Origin: Candidatus Kapaibacterium sp.
Lineage (GTDB): Bacteria; Bacteroidota; Ignavibacteria; Kapaibacteriales; HRBIN21
DNA length: 64,000 nt
Assembly (NCBI GenBank): GCA_938084565.1
Contig: CALKEU010000001.1
Span: forward strand, 202,131 to 266,130
Reading direction: 5' to 3'
Part shown: piece after piece, positions 37,583-46,907 of the stretch
Numbering within the stretch: the stretch's first letter is position 1
How the letters are laid out: the number at the start of each line of letters is the position of its first letter
Position numbers and translations under genes: made by a program
The notes under the pieces: generated by a model
What the model saw: only the letters and a program-made list of their open reading frames with translations
Databases searched by the model: none
Told to the model about the DNA's origin: nothing

Positions 37583-38367
37583 GCATTGTCGTATCCATCG
37601 TGCTGAGCCTGTTAGGCTGCACCAATCTCAACATCTTCCCGCCGAGCGAGGACGTACGCCTCGGCGCTACGCTAGACAGGGAAATTCGCGCCAACCCACA
37701 GCAGTACCCCATCCTACAACAAGAATCGGCACGGCAGTACGTGCAGAGTATCGTCGATCGCATCCTCAGCTCTCCCGAGATCCGCTACCGCGGCACTTTT
37801 GCCTACCGTGTCACCCTTCTCCACGACGACCGCACTGTCAACGCCTTCTGCACGCCAGGAGGCTACATCTACGTGTACACTGGGCTCCTCAAATTCGTAG
37901 AAAACGAAGCCACCCTAGCCGCCGTGCTCGCCCATGAGATTGCCCATGCAGAGCGGCGTCATGCCACCGAACGCATGACGAAAGCCCTCGGCGCCCAGCT
38001 CCTTATGGACATCGTGCTGGGCAAATATCCCGGTCGCGCAGCAGAGCTGGCAGCTAACCTCTTCACAGGTCTCGCTCTCCTGGCCAACAGTCGGCACGAC
38101 GAAGCAGAGGCAGACGAATACTCATTCCGGTATCTGCGCCATACACCGTGGTATCCCGGAGCACTAGTTTTCTTCTTCGAAAAGCTAGCCCAGCAGCGCC
38201 AAACCCGCCTTCCTGCCGTGGAGCGCCTTCTGTCCACCCATCCGCTCCCCGAAGACCGGGTTGAGGCGATGCGCCGACGTATCCGAGAGGCAGCCCTTCC
38301 AGCTCCTACAGAACAGACCTTGCGTGCAGAGCCTTACAGAGCCTTTCTCCGCTCACTCCCAGGATGA
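37555..38367 (+). CDS. M48-family zinc metallopeptidase (lipoprotein)
   Basis: HEIAHAERRH (HExxH) and a lipobox LLGC in the N-terminus. Confidence 0.7.
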   Translation: MGGSAAVLVSIVVSIVLSLLGCTNLNIFPPSEDVRLGATLDREIRANPQQYPILQQESARQYVQSIVDRILSSPEIRYRGTFAYRVTLLHDDRTVNAFCTPGGYIYVYTGLLKFVENEATLAAVLAHEIAHAERRHATERMTKALGAQLLMDIVLGKYPGRAAELAANLFTGLALLANSRHDEAEADEYSFRYLRHTPWYPGALVFFFEKLAQQRQTRLPAVERLLSTHPLPEDRVEAMRRRIREAALPAPTEQTLRAEPYRAFLRSLPG

Positions 38368-39170
38368 CTACTGCCCAAAAGCTCGCTCAGCGCCAACAGT
38401 TGACCCAGAGCCGACTCTGCATTGGCATTGACCCCGACGAGCGCCTCCTCCCGGCTGTCCTCCGCCGCGATCCTCGGCCGTGGAAACGCTTCCTCCAAGA
38501 ACTGATTCCCGCCACGGCCCCGTACGCATGCGCCTTCAAGCTCAACCTTGTCTTCTACCTCCGGTTGGGGCTTCAGGGATGGCACTTGCTGGAGGACACC
38601 CTTGCACTCATCCCGCCCGACATACTCACCATCCTGGATGGCAAATGGGGGGATGTGCCTCATACGGCAGCCCAGGCTGCCCAGCTCTGTTTTGAGCAGC
38701 TCGGCGTCGATGCAGTCACGCTCAACCCTCTCCTTGGCTCAGATGCTGCCGCTCCCTTCCTCGATTATCCGGATAAACTCGTCTTTGTGCTGGCACGAAC
38801 CTCGAACGCAGGCGCTGCGGAGTTTCTTACCCTGCCTTGCCGGAGAGGCAAACCCTTATACGCACACATCGTTTCCTCAGTTCTCCGCTGGCCGCGGCGC
38901 GCTGAAGTCGGATTCGTTGTCGGGGCCACAGCTCCAGACGATTTCGCCCACATACGGCGCCTGGCCCCCCAAGTATGGCTCCTGGTACCGGGGATCGGCA
39001 CGCAAGGCGGTAACATTGCCACGCTGATGGAGCTGAACTGTGAAGGCCCATTAGTTGTCAACGTTGGTCGGGCTATCCTCTACGCTTCTGACCAAGCCGA
39101 TTTCGCCGCAGCTGCTGCGTGCGCTGCCGCTTCTTTTGCCCAAGCTGTGAGCTTAGCTACCGGAGGATGA
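38364..39170 (+). CDS. pyrF: orotidine 5'-phosphate decarboxylase (type 2)
   Basis: LCIGIDPD...ACAFKLNLVFY...ILDGKWGDVP signatures of long-form OMP decarboxylase. Confidence 0.85.
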   Translation: MTTAQKLAQRQQLTQSRLCIGIDPDERLLPAVLRRDPRPWKRFLQELIPATAPYACAFKLNLVFYLRLGLQGWHLLEDTLALIPPDILTILDGKWGDVPHTAAQAAQLCFEQLGVDAVTLNPLLGSDAAAPFLDYPDKLVFVLARTSNAGAAEFLTLPCRRGKPLYAHIVSSVLRWPRRAEVGFVVGATAPDDFAHIRRLAPQVWLLVPGIGTQGGNIATLMELNCEGPLVVNVGRAILYASDQADFAAAAACAAASFAQAVSLATGG

Positions 39171-39172
39171 CC

Positions 39173-40204
39173 ATGCATCACCTCCCTGAACGCAGACTCC
39201 AGGAAGCCGTTCGCCATCTCCTGGCCGATCCTGCTCGTGTCTGGCAGACCTTCTCTGGGAAGCGACTCCAGATCCTGGCTCCAGGCGAACTCAACGTGCA
39301 TGAGGGGCCGGATCTGCGCAACATGGTGCTCCTACTCGACAGCATGATTTGCGTCGGGGATGGCGAATTCCACCGCACCCCTCAGGAATGGCAGGAGCAC
39401 GGCCACGCCCACGACCCTCGCTACGAGCGCGTCCTTCTCCACATCGTCATGGCCCCTCCCACAACGCTTCCTCCTCCCGGCCCACCAGAGATTCTCGTCG
39501 TACCGGCAGTAGAGATCGAACAAGCCCTACAACACCTTGCCGAAGCCACTGACGCAGAAACTTCCCCAGAAGCACTCCTGTCACTCTATGAGCTGCAATA
39601 CTTTGCTCTCCTCCGCCTCCTGCGCCGCACGAGCGAAGCCCGGCTCTACGTACAGCGCTGGGGCTTCCTGCCCGGCTTTGCGCACATGGTTGCTGACTTT
39701 TTCCAACGCTACCTCCAGAAGCGGCGTCGTCCAGTGCATACGGAGCACACCCTTGCTGAGTTCGTGCGTGCCCTTCCCACCTCCCCTCTCTTTCGTTTCC
39801 TGGAAGCGTTCCATGCCGGCTCAGCCCCCACGCTCACCCTCCAACTGCACGAGCTTGCACGCCAGCGTATTACCACTGAGGGAGCCCATCTCCGCTTGGA
39901 AATCTTGCTCAACTGCCTCCTCCCATACCTCCTCGTTCGTGCCACGCCCGAACAGCGCATAGAGCTACTGTCATGGTACTGGTCAGCCCCTGCTCGCGTG
40001 CGCTACGGGCACCTCCGCCGTGCCTTCCCCACTTTCCCTCAGCGCTATATGTGGCAGCAGCAGGGTATGTTAGAGGCACTCCGCCACCGTGGGAGCGGAC
40101 TTCCCTGCCGTGAACTCCTGGCTACATACAGCTTCGGCGATGTGCTCGAGTTCTACCGGTCTGCTGAAGCGCTTCTGAGCTATACGGCTCCTCCGAGGAA
40201 CTGA
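39173..40204 (+). CDS. DUF2851 family protein
   Basis: ~345-aa protein resembling the Bacteroidetes-restricted DUF2851 family, which is often found next to pyrF. The start is set at the ATG 6 nt after a GGAGGA. Confidence 0.5.
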   Translation: MHHLPERRLQEAVRHLLADPARVWQTFSGKRLQILAPGELNVHEGPDLRNMVLLLDSMICVGDGEFHRTPQEWQEHGHAHDPRYERVLLHIVMAPPTTLPPPGPPEILVVPAVEIEQALQHLAEATDAETSPEALLSLYELQYFALLRLLRRTSEARLYVQRWGFLPGFAHMVADFFQRYLQKRRRPVHTEHTLAEFVRALPTSPLFRFLEAFHAGSAPTLTLQLHELARQRITTEGAHLRLEILLNCLLPYLLVRATPEQRIELLSWYWSAPARVRYGHLRRAFPTFPQRYMWQQQGMLEALRHRGSGLPCRELLATYSFGDVLEFYRSAEALLSYTAPPRN

Positions 40205-41157
40205 CGTAGGAGGTACAGAAATTGCTCCACTTGCCCCCTCTCGACAAAGGGGCTTTGCAACACCACAGGAGAATCCAGCAACCGCAGCGCTTGAACAAAT
40301 CGATGCTGCTGGAGTAATGCCGCCGCCAGCACGTACCGCCGTAATCCCTCCAACTCTGGATCAGGGAAGGGGTCTTTAAGGAGTTCCTCAACACGCTCGC
40401 TGCGATCCAGTTTGAGCGCTGCCTGAGCCAACCGTAACCGAGCCCATAGGCGCTGTTCAGGTTGGAGTTGGTCATTGCCATAACACCGCTCAAGCACTTC
40501 GGATGCCCGCTCGCACTCGCCGAGGGTAAAGAGGGTCATACCTAAGTGGTACAGCAGCCACACATCATCGGGCGAAGTTTCCACCTCGCGCTGGAGAAGC
40601 TCCGCATTACGGCGCGCTTTCTCGTAGAATTGTTCTGCCGAATATCCGTAGTGCCAAATGAGAATTGGTGCGCGCACGATTCGCCATCCACGTCTCTCCA
40701 AGGCCGGGCGAATCTGTTCATGGACGCGCCCCACGTACGCCACACCCTCGGCATATCGAAAGAGCCGGGGATACCAGTGCAACTGCAAGAGCTGCTCCCG
40801 ACTATGGGCGGAGGCCACACTCCGAATTTGGATCTCTATGCCCCCGATTGTGGGATCCTGCAAAAGGTGCGCCTGTTCCTGGAGGGTCTCGGTCTCCAAC
40901 TCCTCATCGCTGTCCAATGCCAGAACCCAGGGTGTACGGATGTAGCGCAGTGCCGTATTCCGGGCAGCAGAGAAATCGCCCGTCCAGGGAGCCGAGTATA
41001 CCTCAGCCCCTAGCTGTAGACAGCGGCTCGGTGTATCATCCTGTGATCCTGTATCGAGGACAACAATCTGCTGTGCAATCGAGTGCACAGAGCGCAGAGT
41101 GCGCTCGATCGTTGCGGCGCTATCCCGCGTAAGAATGAGAACCCCAATGGGGAGCAT
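40180..41157 (-). CDS. family-2 glycosyltransferase fused to C-terminal TPR repeats
   Basis: GT2 N-terminus (LPIGVLILTRDSAATIERTLRSV...LDTGSQDDT...LDSDEELE) followed by TPR-like helical repeats. Confidence 0.7.
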   Translation of the reverse strand: MLPIGVLILTRDSAATIERTLRSVHSIAQQIVVLDTGSQDDTPSRCLQLGAEVYSAPWTGDFSAARNTALRYIRTPWVLALDSDEELETETLQEQAHLLQDPTIGGIEIQIRSVASAHSREQLLQLHWYPRLFRYAEGVAYVGRVHEQIRPALERRGWRIVRAPILIWHYGYSAEQFYEKARRNAELLQREVETSPDDVWLLYHLGMTLFTLGECERASEVLERCYGNDQLQPEQRLWARLRLAQAALKLDRSERVEELLKDPFPDPELEGLRRYVLAAALLQQHRFVQALRLLDSPVVLQSPFVERGQVEQFLYLLRQFLGGAV

Positions 41158-41204
41158 CCGTTCTAGAGCTAGGGCTCAGGAAAAGGGAGTTCTTCCCGTT
41201 TCTG

Positions 41205-41399
41205 CTACTCTTCCGCTGCTGCCCTCCGCTGCCGCCGCTTAGCACGGATCATCTCTAGGCGACGCTCCTCCGACGGCTTCAAATACACCGAATGGCGTCG
41301 ATACTCGCGCAGCACCTTGCTCCGCTCATATTTTTTCTTGAAACGGCGCAGCGCTCGGTCAATCGATTCATTGGGCTGCACAATAATCCCAACTGCCAT
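41205..41399 (-). CDS. rpsU: 30S ribosomal protein S21
   Basis: RALRRFKKKYERSKVLREYRRHSVYLKPSEERR matches S21. Confidence 0.85.
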   Translation of the reverse strand: MAVGIIVQPNESIDRALRRFKKKYERSKVLREYRRHSVYLKPSEERRLEMIRAKRRQRRAAAEE

Positions 41400-41412
41400 G
41401 CTCTGCCACTAC

Positions 41413-41817
41413 TTACTGCAACCGCTCGATGAGCCGTTTTTCTTTGTTTTTCTTGAACAGCACCACAATGGCGTGCAAACCGTTGGAGAGCACTTCCTTG
41501 CTGCGTACAACCCCGTAGTCATCCCAGGCCGGATGGTAGATGACGTCGCCAACTTGATACTCGCCTTCTGGCTGGTAGCGCTTGGAATCTTCCGGGGTCA
41601 GCTGAACGACAGCGCCATCATTCCGCCCATTCCCCTCCAGAAGATCCAGATTGACCAGCTGCACATGATGGCTGACAACACATCGCGCCCACTGGTGACG
41701 CCCATTCGGCGTATCAATGGGAGTCCCGATGAACTCATGTCGGGTCACACGCATTAGGACTGGACAATACAGCATGACGTACTTGCGGACTCGCCGACGG
41801 CGTCGCGCTGTTGCCAT
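41413..41817 (-). CDS. hypothetical 134-aa protein, first gene after its own promoter and upstream of rpsU
   Basis: ORF with a Bacteroidetes -7 motif 34 nt upstream; Arg-rich N-terminus; no family recognised. Confidence 0.45.
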   Translation of the reverse strand: MATARRRRRVRKYVMLYCPVLMRVTRHEFIGTPIDTPNGRHQWARCVVSHHVQLVNLDLLEGNGRNDGAVVQLTPEDSKRYQPEGEYQVGDVIYHPAWDDYGVVRSKEVLSNGLHAIVVLFKKNKEKRLIERLQ

Positions 41818-41851
41818 CCTCGTCCCCCGACAGTTGAACGTGCTGTGATTG

Positions 41852-41859
41852 CAAAATTA
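41852..41859 (-). promoter_or_regulatory. Bacteroidetes-type -7 promoter element TAATTTTG
   Basis: Minus-strand GTAATTTTGCAATCACAGC about 34 nt upstream of the ATG of the 134-aa ORF. Confidence 0.45.
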
Positions 41860-41883
41860 CACTTTTTCCGGCGCCCCATCCCC

Positions 41884-42573
41884 TTAGGGCCGCACCCATA
41901 GGAGAGGCCTCCACCGTCCCTCCTCCCAGATGAACCCTACGTATACCCCAGAGGCTCCCCGCTCAGGCACTACGTCCCCAGCCCAGCAGAGCCGTCCCGT
42001 GAGGTCGTAGAGCACAATACGCCGGGCCAATGGGAGCCCTTCTCGACCTTCGGGGACCGATACTGGCCCAAAGCGGTACCAGACCGTGAGAACAAACTCT
42101 TCGAGGAACTCGTTGGTAATGACCCCCTGCTGTTGCTCTCCAAACGGAATCCGCACGAGCGTCCCGGTAATGCGATCACTCACTACGGCCGAGTCAACGT
42201 GCTCGGGCAAGGGGTGGTTCCACTGGAGCACGATTGTGCGTCCTCGCCCGCGTTGGACTACGAAACGGTATGCCACCGCGAAGGTATCCTGTCTCCGCAA
42301 TGGGCGAAAATCTACGTAGCTCCACTTCCACTCACCCTCAATGGAGTCGTAAAAGCGTAAGGCGGCATGGAAGATGTCCTGGGGCGGGTGGAAAGGTGGG
42401 ATTTCCCGCTCACCGAGTGCGGTATCGATCCCGTCGGTAGCTCGCTCATCTACCCCAACCACAAGTCGGATCCGCTCTCCTAATTCGTTCCCGACAGTAA
42501 AAGGGAGTTCGACGCGAAGCTGCGCCGCCGCAGTGCACACAATGCTAAGACTGATCACCGTATGCCGCCACAT
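41884..42573 (-). CDS. small T9SS-CTD secreted protein, paralogue of an internal module of the 1027-aa neighbour
   Basis: Signal peptide MWRHTVISLSIVCTAAAQ. It shares the motif VGVDERATDGIDTALGE with GLGIRATDGVDTLFGE in the 1027-aa protein. The C-terminus GVYVGFIWEEGRWRPLLWVRP is CTD-like. Confidence 0.55.
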   Translation of the reverse strand: MWRHTVISLSIVCTAAAQLRVELPFTVGNELGERIRLVVGVDERATDGIDTALGEREIPPFHPPQDIFHAALRFYDSIEGEWKWSYVDFRPLRRQDTFAVAYRFVVQRGRGRTIVLQWNHPLPEHVDSAVVSDRITGTLVRIPFGEQQQGVITNEFLEEFVLTVWYRFGPVSVPEGREGLPLARRIVLYDLTGRLCWAGDVVPERGASGVYVGFIWEEGRWRPLLWVRP

Positions 42574-42658
42574 TCCACCCACAGGTTGCCCACGGACAAC
42601 AAAACTGGGTGGTAGCCCTAGCGGACCACCACCCAGCACGTGAAGGCTTCAGCGTGTT

Positions 42659-45600
42659 TTAGCGGACCACTGAAACGGGCACCACAGTTCTTCGCTCGCC
42701 CGCTGCTGCCCGCAACAGATACCGTCCGCTCGACAGAGCTTCTACTGGGAGCAAGAATGTGTGCGAACCAGCGGCGAGCTCACCCTCGTACACTCGCATC
42801 ACCTCTTCACCCATCAGGTTGTAAAGTGTGAGCACAACCGGGGCTGCCTCTGGTACAACGAGTGTGACCGTTGCGCGCTCGAGCACCGGCTGCGGCCTCA
42901 CTTCAACCCGAAATTCAGTGCCTGCAGGAACACTCAGCAGCTGGACTGCCGTTACATTTGGATCTGTGATCTGCACCTGGTTCTGCCCACTGAGCGTTCC
43001 CCACACACGTCCGGAGGCATCAACAACGGTATACTCCGTTGCGCCACTCCCTAGGTGCAGAGTCACGGGGTACTGCACACCCTGGAATCGGATCACCGGC
43101 GAGGCGGCATCCTCCACGTAGGTCCCACTCCCGAAACGGACATCGAAGATTCCCTGTGGAGGCAGCGGTGGCAACTCGAACCGCTCCCGATCGATCGGCT
43201 GCTGACTGAGGTAGAGAATCGCCTCCCTCCCAGCCGCATCGCGCACGGCCACTGGGGCACTCTGCTGCACCACGTACTCCCGGTACTCGTCCCGATAGGC
43301 CGTCGCACGCGGCGTGCCAGGAGCCTCCAGCTTGAGGTAGCCCCTGCCCCGAATCTTGATCCAATACCCTAAGCCGGGGGTCAACTCTGAGACTTCCATG
43401 AAACCACGATCCGGCTCGTATTTGTACACACCCCCGACCCGCTGTGGTAGTGGCTCAGCACCATAGTTCTCGAACTGAATCCGCTCAATGCTTACAGGAA
43501 CCGATAGCCCACCGATAGTATTCCACCCATCGTAGAGCAGCACATTGTCGTTCCGGTCTATCCGAAGCAGACGAACACCCGCAATCTGGCGATCCACGGA
43601 ATCGCTATACTTGACGTAGTAGCCGTAGCCCACCTGGAGGTTTTCCGAGGCCTGATACTGGTTCTGCGAGAACCAGAAGGGGATATTGATAGCCCGCGGA
43701 TAGACCATCCGCCAGTGAGGATTCGCCGGCCGCACTGGCAGCGAGAGCAAGTTCCACCCTTTTCGGATGACAGGATACTGGACGACGAGCGGATACGTGT
43801 ACTCGATGACAAACGAGCGGATCCGGGCATCCGTGATCGTATAGGACATCCGCGTACCCCCTGCCGGGGTTGCCTGCCGCATATCGACACCAAAGATCAA
43901 GCCGTTGAGTGTATCTCGCAAGAAGAGGCGCGCCCCTGCTGGAAAATCTGTCGTATCCCACGTCAGTACCACGGGGTAATTCGGAGCCCCACCGGCATCG
44001 AAGCGGCACAGAAAGACCACGGTTGAATCGGAAAACACATTGCGAATGTCACGCGAAGCATAGATCCCTACCAAGTCCCGCAATCCATACGGCGCAGTAC
44101 CTGGCGGGACATTGGCTACCCCGTCGAGATACCAGCGCGCATAGAAGCTCCCCGCCACTGGCGGATTATCATACACCGTCTCTCCAAAGAGAGTGTCGAC
44201 TCCGTCTGTTGCGCGAATCCCCAACCCAAAGACCAGTGTTGCTGACTGTGGAATTGCAGCCGAGTTGCTCACCGTGATCCGGATTCCCCGGCCCAGGACC
44301 GCTAGATTACGGGGATCATTGTTCGGCTCCACAGGGTTCCGCACGTAGATAAATGTTACCCGCAAGCGCACCGGTGATACCGACGCAGAGAGGCTGCGGA
44401 ATGTAATGTAGCCAACGTAAATACCTGCCGCATCTATGTTCTGGGGCAACTCCTGCGGATCACAGAGAATTCGGAAATTCTGAGGACGTGACGGGGATTG
44501 TGGGTTGTTTTGGATGTCTTGGAGAATGGTCTCACCGAGCGTCCGATCGATGTAATCAATCACTCCCCGGCGTGTGATAGTCGGGATGGGGTTTCGGTCG
44601 CCGGGGCCAGCAGCAAAGGTCTGAAACTTAAGCCACCGTGCGTTAGACTCCACCACGATATCCGTCAATCGCGTACCCTCCACCTCGTTAGTTACCACTA
44701 ATTCCCGCCGTCCGAAGAAGACCCCTCGCGTCCACGAAGCCGAATCCAACACAATGGGATGAATGACTTCCCACTCATCGCCAGAGAGAGAAACTTGTCG
44801 AACAACTGCGTCAACCCCTATCCGTGGTTCAAAGCCCATCTGCGGAACACTCGTGACAAGGACGTAGATCATGCCCGGCATACTCGGATAGAGATTGGCA
44901 ATTGGCAGCAGACCGCGATTGTCAACCCCCTCTAATCCCTCATACGACACATTCCCGGAAGCCCCACCGGTACGATATGTTACAAAGTCCCGATACCGTG
45001 ATCCCACTGAATTAGCTGGGAAGGGTTCCGCAGGAAAAACGCTCAGGTTGAGATCGTTGTACTTCAGCGTGTCGTTGGAGAGTATCAACCGTGCAACCGA
45101 ACCCTCAGGCCCCGTTACCCGGAACCGTAAGTACACAACCGGAACATACTGCCGGTTATCACACTGAATAGTTGGATCCCACGGATCCTGTCCCAGTCCA
45201 GCAGGGCTCGGAGGCAGTGGTTTTGCAGAGCTAGCAACAATGCGGATTCGACGGGGATCGAAGACTGGGGGAACGCTCCCCAGGTTGTGCCATGCAACGA
45301 GTGCTCCTAACATATCCTGAGATGTGATCGCAACATCATCGAAGGCAAACGTGAAATCCTTTGCTAAAACGCTATCACCCGCTGGACTGACCTTTTGGAG
45401 CCCCAGAAACTCCAAGAAGCGCCCATCGTACTTGAGTTTGAATTCGAAACTGTAGATCGGCCACACCTGTCCCCACACAGGGTGGGTTGTAGGAACCCAA
45501 CAGTTTCGGATGTAGACTGGAACCAACAACTCCCGTGGCTGCCGTGGATCTGCTTGTTGAGGTACCACGATAAAGCCCGCAGGATAGACTTGCGCATCGT

Positions 45601-45742
45601 ACCCTGGGCCGCTGCCTGTCAAACTAAGCACCGGCAGTTTCACGTCGACCGTCTGTCCCCACAGCAGGGGGCTTCCGGCGAGGATAATACCTACAGCCAC
45701 TGTCCACAGAGATACCCACTGTCGCATTGCCTCTCTCCTCAC
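42659..45742 (-). CDS. large T9SS-secreted protein with N-terminal cohesin-like module
   Basis: Signal peptide, then a cohesin-like beta-sandwich pattern (LLVPVYIRN...IYSFEFKLKYDGRFLEFLGLQKVSPAGDSV). The C-terminus VLTLYNLMGEEVMRVYEGELAAGSHTFLLPVEALSSGRYLLRAAAGERRTVVPVSVVR is a T9SS CTD. Confidence 0.6.
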   Translation of the reverse strand: MRREAMRQWVSLWTVAVGIILAGSPLLWGQTVDVKLPVLSLTGSGPGYDAQVYPAGFIVVPQQADPRQPRELLVPVYIRNCWVPTTHPVWGQVWPIYSFEFKLKYDGRFLEFLGLQKVSPAGDSVLAKDFTFAFDDVAITSQDMLGALVAWHNLGSVPPVFDPRRIRIVASSAKPLPPSPAGLGQDPWDPTIQCDNRQYVPVVYLRFRVTGPEGSVARLILSNDTLKYNDLNLSVFPAEPFPANSVGSRYRDFVTYRTGGASGNVSYEGLEGVDNRGLLPIANLYPSMPGMIYVLVTSVPQMGFEPRIGVDAVVRQVSLSGDEWEVIHPIVLDSASWTRGVFFGRRELVVTNEVEGTRLTDIVVESNARWLKFQTFAAGPGDRNPIPTITRRGVIDYIDRTLGETILQDIQNNPQSPSRPQNFRILCDPQELPQNIDAAGIYVGYITFRSLSASVSPVRLRVTFIYVRNPVEPNNDPRNLAVLGRGIRITVSNSAAIPQSATLVFGLGIRATDGVDTLFGETVYDNPPVAGSFYARWYLDGVANVPPGTAPYGLRDLVGIYASRDIRNVFSDSTVVFLCRFDAGGAPNYPVVLTWDTTDFPAGARLFLRDTLNGLIFGVDMRQATPAGGTRMSYTITDARIRSFVIEYTYPLVVQYPVIRKGWNLLSLPVRPANPHWRMVYPRAINIPFWFSQNQYQASENLQVGYGYYVKYSDSVDRQIAGVRLLRIDRNDNVLLYDGWNTIGGLSVPVSIERIQFENYGAEPLPQRVGGVYKYEPDRGFMEVSELTPGLGYWIKIRGRGYLKLEAPGTPRATAYRDEYREYVVQQSAPVAVRDAAGREAILYLSQQPIDRERFELPPLPPQGIFDVRFGSGTYVEDAASPVIRFQGVQYPVTLHLGSGATEYTVVDASGRVWGTLSGQNQVQITDPNVTAVQLLSVPAGTEFRVEVRPQPVLERATVTLVVPEAAPVVLTLYNLMGEEVMRVYEGELAAGSHTFLLPVEALSSGRYLLRAAAGERRTVVPVSVVR

Positions 45743-45761
45743 GGAGCAAATTCAACAGACT

Positions 45762-46901
45762 TCATTCCACAATGAAGGCCACGGGGAGCTGTGCTCCCCC
45801 GATTCGTTGCCATCGTCCAACGTATATACCTGTAGGTAGCCCTTGAAGGGACACCTCGAACGGCTTCCCTTCGGCATGTACAGATCGCAGGAGCCTACCT
45901 AGGACATCGTAGAGCTCCAGCCGTTCGCCCGGCTCTAGGTACAACAGGCCAGAAGGATACACCATCACCCTCTGGCAACGCTCGCTGACGGCTGAAGGCT
46001 GCGATGGCGCAGCCATCACTACCAAACTATCTCCTATCCAACGAGTAAGGCAAGCACACGGATCCAGGGGATAAGACAGAAGACGAAGGGTGACCGTATC
46101 CGCCCACTGTATGCGGGCAGACAATTCCACGATAAGCTCGGACCTCTCCCGCTGGGAAGTCCATTTTATGCTCAGTGTGTCGCCACTGCGCTCCCACGTT
46201 TGCAACTCAACACCTTCGCCTACAGCAATATTCTCTACCTGTAGCCACGACGGCAGACCCGTTATGACTGTTGCCACCGAACGGAGTTCCAGAGCTGGAG
46301 GACAGCCCACTTGCACTACCCACAAACACGAGGTATCCGTCCCCACTAGGTTGCACTCCCGCGTCAGACTTTGCGTCCACAGAGTACGGTCAGGCGTGTC
46401 AACGATACGGGCATAGACGATTACAGGCGTTGTATCAACCTGCACCACCCGCCTCCGTTCGAACTCTTCGTTGAATTCCACATACTTCAGTTGAATGACA
46501 GCCGTATCAGGACACTCCCGACGATAATCTCCAAGGAAGGCCACCAACGGCTTCGCCCCAGAGATTCGTCGTGTGAGCGTGAATGCATATGCCCGAATCT
46601 CGCCATACAGCGCACTAAAGGCTCGCTGTTCCATTCCTTCTGCCAACGTACCGCTGACTAGCATCGTATGGAAGGCAAACTTCTCTGGATTGTACTGTAT
46701 GGCAAGATTGAAGCCCATCAAGCTGTCCGTTGGCTGTACTGGACTGATCTCAACGATCAAGATACACTCGCGTCTCCCGCACACATCTACCGTATCCCAG
46801 ACCCGCAGGGCAAGCCGTGCTGTCGTCTGGGCTATGAGCTGCCCCATGCCGCACAGAGCCATCACTATCCATGATGGTAAGCATGCCCTGCAGGACATCA
46901 T
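45762..46901 (-). CDS. T9SS-secreted protein with N-terminal cohesin-like module
   Basis: ALRVWDTVDVCGRRECILIVEISPVQPTDSLMGFNLAIQYNPEKFAF follows the cohesin pattern V.V.....G..V.V.I....V.....G..F.L...YDP..L. The C-terminal CTD is LELYDVLGRLLRSVHAEGKPFEVSLQGLPTGIYVGRW. Confidence 0.6.
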   Translation of the reverse strand: MMSCRACLPSWIVMALCGMGQLIAQTTARLALRVWDTVDVCGRRECILIVEISPVQPTDSLMGFNLAIQYNPEKFAFHTMLVSGTLAEGMEQRAFSALYGEIRAYAFTLTRRISGAKPLVAFLGDYRRECPDTAVIQLKYVEFNEEFERRRVVQVDTTPVIVYARIVDTPDRTLWTQSLTRECNLVGTDTSCLWVVQVGCPPALELRSVATVITGLPSWLQVENIAVGEGVELQTWERSGDTLSIKWTSQRERSELIVELSARIQWADTVTLRLLSYPLDPCACLTRWIGDSLVVMAAPSQPSAVSERCQRVMVYPSGLLYLEPGERLELYDVLGRLLRSVHAEGKPFEVSLQGLPTGIYVGRWQRIGGAQLPVAFIVE

Positions 46902-46907
46902 ACCCCA

